Below, in pieces: positions 38,930 to 49,995 of a DNA stretch of 64,000 nt. Numbering within the stretch: the first letter of the stretch is position 1; each line of letters opens with the position of its first letter. The DNA comes from Syncephalis fuscata S228 (taxonomy: Eukaryota; Fungi; Zoopagomycota): contig JAHLTZ010000025.1 of assembly GCA_025786725.1 (NCBI GenBank), forward strand, positions 1 through 64,000. Reading direction: 5' to 3'. A program made the position numbers and the translations under genes. The notes beneath the pieces are model-generated. The model had not been told where the DNA came from, made no database searches, and saw nothing but the letters and a program-made list of their open reading frames with translations.

Positions 38930-41900
38930 TTAATCGTCAGGTTGAGAGGATAGGAAGGACTCTGCTTGTTCAACTAATCCTTCAATAAAGTCTTTATCTG
39001 ATGATTTGAGTTCCATGGCTAGTATGTGAGTGTGTCGTTTAATTAGACCAGCTACAGGGTGACCAAATATAGATTTGCCATAAAGTGATGCAGATTCACC
39101 GACCACTTCAATCACTTGCATATGCAATAGTCGTTCGGCAATAATAGTGGCCAGCATCTTAAACTCTAGTTGAGCATGAACACGGTCCAGATGAATAGAT
39201 AGTGCTGATGCACATTCGGTAAATGTTGTCTCATGATCAGCAAGGGCGAGTGCAAACTCTGGTGGTGTCAATGTTGGTGGTGGCACTACCATGAAATCAG
39301 TACATGTCACCGATAATTGCCAATCCAAATGCTGGTGTGAAATAGTCCTATCCGTATACTAATAGCCATAATAGCATTAATATAACCATAATAATAACAA
39401 AACATATATTGTGGGTACTTACTTCGCAGGCATAGGCCAGATCACCGTCTATACGCATGCCTGATTGTATTTTACCTTGAATTACAAGTTTAATCGATCG
39501 TTCAATACAGTCATTTGATGCAATAGACTCGGTAATATCAATGGTATTACGGGCACTAAGACCCATAGCACGGATGATACCACGACCTGGCCATCTCATC
39601 TCCATATTACGCAGTGTGGCATCACTTGTAATGTTTTGTAGTTGTATTGTAGCTTGTACAAATGTTTGACTAAATGGATCCAAGGTAATGGCACGATCTG
39701 ATACAGAGATTGGGCTTAATTCATAAGACTAATCAATAATTAGTATACTATTCATATTCATAAAGTGTTATACTTACTAAACGTAAATGATTATCTTGAG
39801 CAAATACAGTAAATGAACGTGGGGTTAAAGTCTTTTCGACGGCTCATTTAATGATATGTTACTGTTATTATTATTATTTACAGTAGAGGATTCTATTGTA
39901 TGGTTTGTTACAGGATGGAAGATGTTACGGTCTTTTTCTAATAAATTAATATTAATATCGATGTTATATTATTAAATGGCTATTTACCTTTTTCTTATCC
40001 ACTTTTCTACGTACAACTAAAAGAGCAGATGGATCTGATGATTCAGCCATTATAAAGTTAGTAGATGCATTATTATTGTTGTTGTTGTTACTATTAATAG
40101 ATGCAGGTGATGGTGATCGAAGTGTTATTAATTGATCTGGTGTAGTTGATACTATTTGTTCATTGTCTTATTCATTATTATTAATACATAGTGTGTGTTA
40201 TATATAATGTTAATAAATTACCTTTAATGAATGATCAGCGATGCCTTGTTTTGGCCGACTCTTTTTCTTTATCTTTATTTTGTATATTAACATTAACATT
40301 TACTTAACTAATAGTCTATTTATTTAACTTACTTCTTTTATTGGCTTTGATGGATCTACTTGTTCTACTGTTTTTTCTTTTTCGTCTTTTTCGTCTTCTA
40401 TTACCATTCATTCATTAGTATGTATATCTATATATAACTATATATAATAATGAAATATATTACCGTTATGAGCTGTGTTGGTTGACTTGTTGTTTTTGGT
40501 GTTGTATCAATAGTAATATTGACTGATTGTAGATTAGATGCATCTTCTTCATCGCCGAGTAAGTGTTGTCGTTGACGGCGTGTTGTTGCTGTAGTATCCG
40601 TTCTTTGTATACTGGCCCGTTCTTTACCTTTATGTGATATTGATAAAGAGCTTAATAATTGCTGATGATTTGCTGTAAAATCATCGTCACTGGCTGATAA
40701 TTCAGCTCCTTCGGGCATTTCACCTGGTCCCACGAGTACTTGAGGTCGTGGTGGTGATGGTGATGCTGCACGGTGTTTACGAGATCGATGTGATGTCTTT
40801 TTAGTCTTTGCACCCACTATTACACCATTATATTAACCGTTGTAATATATAGATATACTATTTAATTACCTTTAGGGATATCTTGCCATTGATCGTTGAA
40901 ATTTTGTAAGGTTAGTTTAACCACAGGTATAGTATCTACATTGATATAGCCATGACCATCTGGTCCTTGTTGAATGCGTGGTATGCCCTTTCCAGTAACG
41001 TCGGTATTGCCTGCCCTTGATTCACCTTCATCAGCTGATAAAGGCATAGAAGGTGTATCTTGAATGTAATATGGATCGTGTAAGTGCTGATTGGCATTAG
41101 ATTAGTAACAAGCAATTAGTATATCTATCGTATCTATTGTATCTATCGTATCTATTGTATCTATTTATTTAATTACCTTTTTCTTGGAGATTGTTTACGA
41201 CCTTTTTGACCTTTACTTGGTTCGGATTTACCACGTTTGCCTATTGATCCATGTGGTGTTCTCGTCTGTCTCTTATCGTTGTATACATCATCACTATGTT
41301 CAGAAGAGGTGTCTTCTTTATCAGAAAGCCAGAATTGTGTAATGTCTGGTAGTGGTTTGCCAATCCATTGATCTAAATCAATATCTTCAGGTCTTTTTAC
41401 TTTACGTTGCGCACGAGGTGCTACAGGATTAAGTGGTGTGGCAAAGTAAATTCTATAAAGTTCACTAATTATTGCTCGTGGATCTTTTGGTATTTGTTCA
41501 AGTAATTGTGTTGTTAATTGTCGACAGCTATTTAACTGATATTAAATAGTTCATTAATAGTGGTTAATTACTTAACTTATTACTTACTCGATCGTTAACC
41601 TCTAAATCACTTGTATGCGCATAGACGGCTAAACTAGCAATAACTTGATGTGTTGCATCTTCCAGTACTTTTGATAGTGTAATATTCCATCGCTCTAATA
41701 AAGAGTGTGCCCAACCAATATAGACTTTAATAAACTTTGAATTAGTATCGATTGTAGCGCCGGTGATAGTTTTCGTAACATTGGATTTCCTAATGAACGT
41801 AGTGTTACGGTTGGTTGGTCCAAATATCTAATATCTAGATCGTAAATGAATTCATTGATATACTAAATACTTACTCGTTATATTCACCGACAATATAGGC

Positions 41901-43798
41901 AGCTGCCCATAGAATTTCAATATTTGTTTCTGGTTGTGTAGCTGTATCCAATAAGGATTGATCATTCAATAGAGTGGCCTGTTGATGTCATTGGGTTAAA
42001 ATTAATAGAATTAGGTATTTTACAAAATGTATTACCATCATACGGACACAGTAGCCGCGTACACTTTTAACTCGCACGGCAACATCAATCAATTGATCTG
42101 ATAGTAGTGCACCAACTTGTACACCACTAACGCGGGATAGATCAAGTAATACGGCAATGTACCATTCAAAATTGACAACATACGTGTAGGCATGCTGTGA
42201 ACACATTCGAATAATATGTTCTACCACGAAGTACGATATAATGGACTAAGTGGTAGGAAATCTGGATCATTTACTATATGAGTCGGTGAATCCATAAAAT
42301 ATGGAATCAACTGTAGCATTAATCGCTTTACTATATCCATTAATGTACGTTTTGTAGCCTAATGGATAGATAATTCATATGTAATTGATGAATAGTTAAT
42401 AGATAGTGCGATGCCTACTTACCAATACTACAACTAAATCAAGTGCTCTAATACGAATACTCAAATCAGGATCCTCGGCACAGGATAGAATCAAATCACG
42501 ATGTTGAACAACCAATTTTGGATACCGTTCAAGTAAATCAGCCAACACTAATAAACCAACGTATTTTACTATAATAATAATAGTATCAATACTGTTAATA
42601 TCTTGGATTAAGTCGTATTTGATTAAACTAACAATTTTGATCTGAATCTTCAAGGAATAGTGTAATCTTCGATGCACATAACATAGCAAGTGTAGTTGCT
42701 GCTTCTTCTTCAGCTTCGGATAGAATATTCAATATACCACCAGTTACTACTGATCGAATACATTCATAAAGCACCGACATGGCCGGTGTTGTTTCAATCA
42801 GTGTCTGGAATGAAGGTAATAGTTTTCGTACAAGTCTTGGCTCCAATGGCGTCAATAAAGCAAACTAATATTACCACCACCACATAAATAACCAGCTAGT
42901 ACATTAATACAACAAACACTTACCAATTTAATAAGCTTAATTAACATCCAATTATTGGAGGAAGTGGTTAATAATCGAAATAGTTGTGGTGCCAATGGTA
43001 GATAATTACGCGGATTACGTCGAGCCAACTCACAGATAACATTGACAGCCGCCGATACAACCGCTATCATGGTGGTTACTTAGTAAACCATCTACTCTAT
43101 CTAATGAATAACAAACTACTTACCAGGATCTGTATCCTCTAGACGTTCCGTAAGACGAGGGACACACTCGTGGAGTGCTTCAGGATACTTTAAGCATATT
43201 TTATACAGTACTAGAACAGCACGTTTCCTAATACTAGGTCGGCCATGATTGGTCAAGGATAGAATATCTGGATAGAGATCGCGTGCTAGATCCGGTGTAA
43301 TAATATGAGATAGTCCATTAATAGCCACGCCAATCGAAGGAAGATCTTTGCTAATGATATCCTAGTAGTGGTACACATTAAGTATTTACCAAACATTAAC
43401 ATTAATAACAATAAGTGGCGTACCTTTTTAATAAGATTGGTAGTAAGCATTAAAACATCGGTGTTCTGATTAAATGATTGTGTGGCTGCTAAATAGCCTT
43501 GACGTTTCCAATAAAAATCTGACGAAGCCATAACTTCAATGACGTGGAATGACGCCCACTCCATATCATAGCCAAGCATATGTAACTATTAGTTCATTGG
43601 GTAATTAGAGTATGTTATATAGTTTCAAATACTATCATTTACATAGCATAGCTTGCATATAGCGTTGACCTTGCGTGTCATATCAGTGGATCGCAATTCA
43701 TTGCGAATCTCGTCCATTCTACTAGTAATGTACTTCTTTTCATTGCGCTTATTCGATCGCAAGCCGCGAATAAGATCGGTCAATGTACTGCGGAACAT
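38930..43798 (-). CDS. APL5: AP-3 complex delta adaptin, multi-exon
   Basis: MFRSTLTDLIRGLR, MLGYDMEWASFHVIEVM, DVLMLTTNLIKK, LAPQLFRLLTTSSNNWMLIK, TPLEPRLVRKL, NFEWYIAVLLDL, PVAPRAQRKV. Confidence 0.95.
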
Positions 43799-44016
43799 GA
43801 TGGCACAGAAAAAGCCGGCTAATAAGAAGAGAAAGTAAAGGTATAAACGATAGGCAGATGAAGAGTAAATAGTACGGCTTAGGAGACAATTGAATGAACT
43901 GACGAAATAGGCATCACTTAATAAATGTGTGTGACGTCAATGAAGAGTGGTGATTGCATTCTTTTTGCGCTTCATTATTTTTTTCCTTTGATTTCCCTGC
44001 ACTTTTCTATTTAGTT

Positions 44017-45061
44017 ATGTCGACTTCGGCTCCATTAAAAATACTCTGTCTACATGGCTATATGCAAAATGGCCAAGTATTACGCCGTAAGATGGGTGCT
44101 GTGCGTAAAAAGTTAAAAAACGTAGCAGAATTAGGTATATTACAGCTAGTTAGCTACTTAGTATATATATATTAACACTGATTGCTATAGTATTCATAAC
44201 ATCATCGCATCCAGTGCCTATGCCAAGAATATAACTGAATTAGAGCAAGCTCGGTTACAGAAATTGTATAATTCAGAAGGAGGAGGTAAGTGCGATATAT
44301 TCACTATAAAGCATTATACTTATGTCTATAATAATGCCACTAGAACTACATCCATATGCTTGGTGGTTTGGCTCAGAGGACGGTTTGATCTACAGAGGAG
44401 CTGAAGAATCGTTGAAACAGATTAGAGATGTACTTGCAGAACAGGTTAGTACAATTGTAATAAAGAATACATTATTAAACTAAGAGTAGGGACCATTTGA
44501 TGGTATATTTGGCTTTTCGCAAGGTAAATGATAATATATAGTAAATATTAATACTTAGTATTTGTAAAAGGCGCGGTGTTTGCTTCAATGCTTGCATCAA
44601 TTTATAGTAAACCAGATCATCCATTAAGATATGGTAGCAGCCATTCAGCCTTTCAATTCTCCATGCTAGTTTCTGGATTTAAAGCGCGTAGTCCTGATTA
44701 TGCATCGTTATACGAAACGCCTATTAAGTGTCCAAGTTTTCATGCTATTGGCGCTGAGGATCTTGTTGTACCATCTGGTAAGTAATTGAACAGTTAAACA
44801 GTGGCGGTTATTAATAATATGTTAAAGCGGCATCAGAAGCACTGGCTAAACTATTCGATAATCCTACAGTATATCGACATGATGGCGCGTAAGTAATAAA
44901 CAGGATATATATATATAATTATACTATAACTTATAAGTTATTTATTAAGACATGTTATCCCAACCAATGCTGCTGCCCGACTTGCTTTTACTGAATTTAT
45001 TAAGCCGTTTGTAACTGGTTCTCCCTCGTTAATGGATATTGAATCCATCCCCAAAATTTAA
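44017..45061 (+). CDS. FSH1/OVCA2-family serine hydrolase, multi-exon
   Basis: ILCLHGYMQNG, GPFDGIFGFSQG nucleophile elbow, HAIGAEDLVV, HDG/HVIP. Confidence 0.9.
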
Positions 45062-45474
45062 AACAATAATAATGATAATGAATTTTAACAAAAATCATAT
45101 TTAATACTTGTAATTAATTGTAACACCTTTATTAATAGATTGATTTAGATAAAAGAATGTTACATACTATCTGATTTCATTGAAACATTTGAGGTTGATT
45201 ATTGTTGTTGTTGGCCATGTGTAGAAAGATTGTTCGAATATTAATAGAAGCCATATGGTTGCAATTCCATATCATTTCACAGTCGTTGTTATACTAATAT
45301 ATCTATGCTATGTACCATTACATTTATAACAAATTTGACATTTATTGGTTGAGTTAAATAAACCGTATCATCATATAAAATATTGTATTTCATTTAATAT
45401 TATTATACAATATAATTGAAGCTATTACCCATTTAGTATGATTTGATGTTAAATGACTAGATTTAATAATATTT

Positions 45475-45778
45475 GGATTTGGATTTATTAGCTTAAGTGA
45501 GACAACGGTCCGTAGGACCTAACCGCGCATTTGCAGCATTTGTCTGCCACCCCTAGGAGAATAGACGGTTCATTTCGAACCTATCCGCGCGCAACGCAGA
45601 ACCTGCCATCTACAACTGAAAACCGTTGGTGGCTCTCCTCACGTGTTGGAATATCGACCATTTCTTCTACGGAAGGATCCCATCACGCATTTCCTGAAAA
45701 CAAGATTCGAACTAGGCGAACCAACATTTCCTACTTTAGGGAAGACGCGTTGACCGTTTAGGCCACCACGCCTCCCCC
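45475..45778 (-). mobile_element. tRNA-derived SINE, 304 bp, with up to 20-bp target-site duplication
   Basis: GACTAGATTTAATAATATTT is duplicated at 45455-45474 and 45779-45798, with a single-copy empty site in the other arm (~62162-62181). The minus-strand head has an A box TGGCCTAAACGG and B box GTTCGAATC. 3' hairpin GGTCC-TAC-GGACC and (AAATCC)n tail. Confidence 0.88.
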
Positions 45779-46344
45779 GACTAGATTTAATAATATTTAT
45801 TTTATTGAATATGGCGATGGATGGTGAGTGCCATTAAATATCCAATTATACTGATTTGAGTACTTACAAAAACAACACATGGATTAACATTATTATTACT
45901 ATTATTTATCTATTTGTTATATTTTAATAATGTTAAATATTATTTAGCATTTATTAATACTAATATCGAATATTGAAAATAGTACAGACTGATTTATTCA
46001 AACTAATTCAAATGTAGCTGACATAGCACTGTTTCAACAAATAACAGTTCTTAGTGTTGAAAACTGATTGGCGGTTTTATTACTATTATTTTGCTAAGAT
46101 GAAATTACAAGTTCATTATTATAAGCCTGCACAATCGAATAGGAGCAACCAATTGTAAACTTGTTAATAAAATAATGATTTTATTGATTAAAGTGCATAA
46201 ACCGGAGCATTGGCCAATATCTGGTATGTAAGTCGACTGAACGGCGTAGTTGCTAGATGCTTTTGCTTTTGACGAATATATATCTAAAGTGATCGGGATA
46301 GCGGTTTGGTTGCACTACCAATGCTAATGTCTTGAGATAATTGA

Positions 46345-46542
46345 TTATCCACAATAGTCGCGACATTCCTTATAACGACATTTGTCGTAGTCAAGCCTCC
46401 ACCAACGAGTGCAGTCTTTAATGCAAGCTTTGCAATCCGCAGGCTTAATTAAAGACTCTTTTGGTTTAGCATCCACCATGGTGGTTGTAGTGGCTATCAA
46501 AGCCACAACGACGGTGCAAACGACGGCAATAGAAAGCTTCAT
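46345..46542 (-). CDS. Small secreted 6-cysteine peptide, paralog 1 (C-x2-C-x3-C-x10-C-x4-C-x3-C)
   Basis: Signal peptide MKLSIAVVCTVVVALIATTTTMVDA. Mature KPKESLIKPADCKACIKDCTRWWRLDYDKCRYKECRDYCG. Paralog at 61397. Confidence 0.9.
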   Translation of the reverse strand: MKLSIAVVCTVVVALIATTTTMVDAKPKESLIKPADCKACIKDCTRWWRLDYDKCRYKECRDYCG

Positions 46543-48172
46543 AGTGATATTAATTTGTTAAAACAAACAAATAAACCAGACAATAGATTGTGTGGTATAA
46601 AATGTATAGTAGTGTGTGTTTGGCAAGAAGTAGAGTGATGCTGATATCGCAGTTGGTTGTGTATATTTTGTGGGCTATTTAAACTTATGGTTTACTGAGA
46701 TGCTAGTATACTGTAGTATATGAGGTACACTATTGATGTGTAATATGAGCCAATAGAGCAATCCAAATAATGGTTTAAGGTACACATGTCCAGTAGATTC
46801 AGGGTGTGATAGTGTGCTTCCTAGGCTTAATTTCAACTTGCTCGGTCTTGATTTAACCTGTCCGGTCTTGATTTTAACTTGTCTGGTCTTTACTTTAATC
46901 TACCAGTCATGTACACAAATAACACAACAACGTTCATAATCCAGTACATATGTGATAAAAATAGTCATACTAGCCTGTATTTTTTGTTATACGATTTAGC
47001 TATTTGGTAAAAGCAGGTATATTGTTTGGCTTTGTAAAGCGATAATGATGTTTTGCTGCCATTTCCACTGATCTGGTCCTCAATATCTGCATACATACAA
47101 AAATAGCACACAATACTGATACAAAACAAGTTTAATATATCAAACTGGTATTTTATACAGGTTTTACAGCCATACATGGGTCAGCCATGATTTTTAAATT
47201 ATAAATGTGTTGATTGGTACATGTATGCATTTCATTCGACACTATACCCATTTTATGGGGCAATAGTTGTTTCGAATTCACAAATGCATCGCATCCAGAC
47301 ATATCATGCCACATGTGCAACTACGATCATTCAAACGACAATTAATCTAAGTTATCTGAAGCTGCCTATACAATAAGTACTGTTTGTAGGATGATGCACC
47401 ATGAAATTCTGAGCAATGAAACATTCCAACAAGTTATTTTTATCAGTTTTTCAGCTGTAGACTAATTGCATTGGTTAAATTATACGCAATGCGATATGTG
47501 GACACTAAACTAGACGCTGTAGAAAGTCCTACCCAAATATCAGCAATTTCAAGTGCATAGTAGCTGTGGATTGTATATCAATTGGCAATCATCCAAGGCC
47601 TAAGTACTGCTTACATTTCTGAAACCAACTCTGACAACAAGTTAAGCAAGATGGAGTGTAGAAGAACAAGCCGAAGCAGAACCAATAGAAAAACAATTAG
47701 AAGCTTGAAGGTTTACTGGTTTAACCTATAGCAAACCATTGTAATTATGCTAAGCTGGACTGCGTTTATCAAAAAGTCGACTGTTGCTGATGCAACCAGA
47801 ACAGCAGCAACGTCAAATTGAGATAGCGCACAGAAAACAAAGAGTCATAAATAAAATTGAATCAATGAGTTTAGTTTGTAAATAGTTTATTATTGTCACT
47901 ATAATTTATAATCCTGGTTGTTTGTATAAATAAACATTTACAATCACGTTGTAGCTTCTTATATACTCACATGTACACGACCACCAACTAAGCCAACTAT
48001 TATAAGGCTTAATCTAATTATCTATCAGAGTAAGCAGCCAACATTATACATTATTGCAATAATAGAAAACAGATTAATTCTATTTATTGCCCATTAACAA
48101 AAGCTGTATAGCTATATTAAAATAAAACAAAACATTGGATTAAGCGAGTAATATTTATATGATCAAGCCATT

Positions 48173-48394
48173 TTTACTTTGACTCCCACATTTTGAGTTC
48201 TTAAAGTAAAATTCATTTCAATTAAAGTCGCACTATTATGCGCAACACAATTATATTGCTTCCTATTAAGTGTTGTTAATAGATTGATTTGAATAAAAAA
48301 AATGTAACATACTATCTGATTTCATTGAAACATTTGAGGCCGATTATTGTTATTGTTGGCCATGTGTAAAAAGATTGTTCGAATATTAATAAAA
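48173..48394 (-). mobile_element. Fanzor-derived repeat copy (5'-truncated) at inner end of left arm
   Basis: Reverse complement of 59552-59770. Encodes INIRTIFLHMANNNNNRPQMFQ* plus the tail. Confidence 0.75.
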
Positions 48395-48475
48395 GTGAAA
48401 CAGATGAAATAAAAAATGTAAAACAAACAATAGCTTCTATGGCTTAATTATTTTTGGTACCTTTATTGACTAATT

Positions 48476-49775
48476 ATGGCGACTAACAAGCTACAGAAAA
48501 CACAGCTACAACAATTATTGCGTCGATTAGTGCAATCGCCAGGAACATTCACTGCTGAACATGCGTATACAGCACTGACCGACATACTAAGTGGTAATGC
48601 AACACCAAGTCAAACGGCAGGTTTTCTTACGAGCTTGCGTGCCCATCAGCTCGACCATAAAGCGGATATTATAGCAGCGTGTGGCAAAGTACTGATTGAA
48701 CAAGCGGGAAAAGTGCCACTTGCTGACTACGCTTTATCGGCCAACGATATTGTCGATATTGTTGGTACGGGTGGTGATGGTCACGACACGTTTAACGTAT
48801 CTACTTCAGCGGGTATTGTTGCCGCGGCTGCCGGTGCTTGCGTGGCCAAGGTAAAAATAGCAACGTAGCGAACATACATTTGATGAACGGTAATAGCTAA
48901 TTTTAACTAATTTGGCTTTGTTTATGTGTGTGTGTGTGCGTGTGTGTATCACTAGCATGGTAATCGTGCCTCATCGTCGGCTTCTGGTTCGGCCGATTTA
49001 CTAGAAGCGTTAGGTTGTCAGATTAGTAAATTGACACCTGAACTTGCTGCTCGTCTTTTGGCAGAAAATAACTACTGTTTTTTATTTGCGCAAACTTACC
49101 ATCCAGCCATGGCGCATGTGGCATCAGTGCGTAAGGAACTCGCCTTTCCTACAGTATTTAATCTGCTAGGACCGCTTATTAATCCGGCTCAGCCTAAACG
49201 AATAGTTGTAGGTGTAGCCGCTGCATCTTTAGGACCTACTATGCTTGAAGCATTGCGTATCGGTGGTGCAGAACGAGCATTGGTTGTCTGTGGTGAAGAA
49301 GAATTAGACGAGGTAAGTAAATACGTTTATTATAATACGGCTAATTAATTTACTGCTATTATTAATGTATGTAGATTAGTACAGCTGGATATACGAATGT
49401 AAGTATTTATAATCATATTTATTAACTGTGGTATTAATCAATTGGCTAATTAATTTTCATTATTAGGTGTGGCAATTACTAGATGGAAATGTAACGCATT
49501 TTAAACTTCATCCTAATGATTTTGGATTATCAGTCCATCCACTGGATAAAATACGCGGTGGTGATTCACATCATAATGCTGCCATATTACGTGAAATATT
49601 GGCGGGTCAGCGAAAAGATGCCATCTTGGATTTTATTCTATTAAATGCCGCAGCACTACTGGTCGTTGCTGGTAAAGCCGCCGATTGGAAGGCTGGTGTA
49701 GCATTGGCTCAAGACGCGATTGAGTCAGGACGGGCCACACAAGTATTGGCACGGTTTGCAGCGGCTACGTCATAG
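48476..49775 (+). CDS. TRP4: Anthranilate phosphoribosyltransferase, multi-exon
   Basis: DIVGTGGDGHDTFNVSTSA, AK/HGNRASSSASGSADLLEALG, FLFAQTYHPAM, TVFNLLGPLINP, LDE. Confidence 0.97.
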
Positions 49776-49995
49776 TTTTATTTTATAAAAAGCAATATGT
49801 TTGGTTAAAGTGGTCGAAATAAATAAATTAGTGCAGCTACTACGATGTAGTAATAATACAGCATAGAATAGGCTATGCAATGTTTATTAAAATTGTCGCT
49901 ATATTAAAGAAATCAAAACTAATAATAAGCGCTAAAAATGAAATAAAAATAGAGTTAGATAATTAATTGGTATCGTGCTAATATTGCTATTCTTG

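Larger units (their letters stand above)
45132..48394 (-). repeat. Left arm of ~3-kb inverted segmental duplication (partner 59552-62503)
   Basis: Reverse complement of 59552-62503 at roughly 98-99% identity by eye, except the peptide mature region and a SINE insertion. Both ends lie inside Fanzor-derived repeats. Confidence 0.95.

Noticed and set aside
45600-45700. HDV-like ribozyme suggested by CTCCTCACGT
   Set aside because: The flanking bases do not form the P3/P1 pairings, and it lies on the non-transcribed strand of the SINE.
45695-45778. Functional tRNA gene
   Set aside because: A and B boxes are present, but there is no acceptor-stem pairing or clean anticodon loop. It is the head of a TSD-flanked SINE.
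47200-47890. Possible second cargo gene in the duplicated arm
   Set aside because: Only short frames with stops in both copies and no recognisable motif. At most an unassignable relic.
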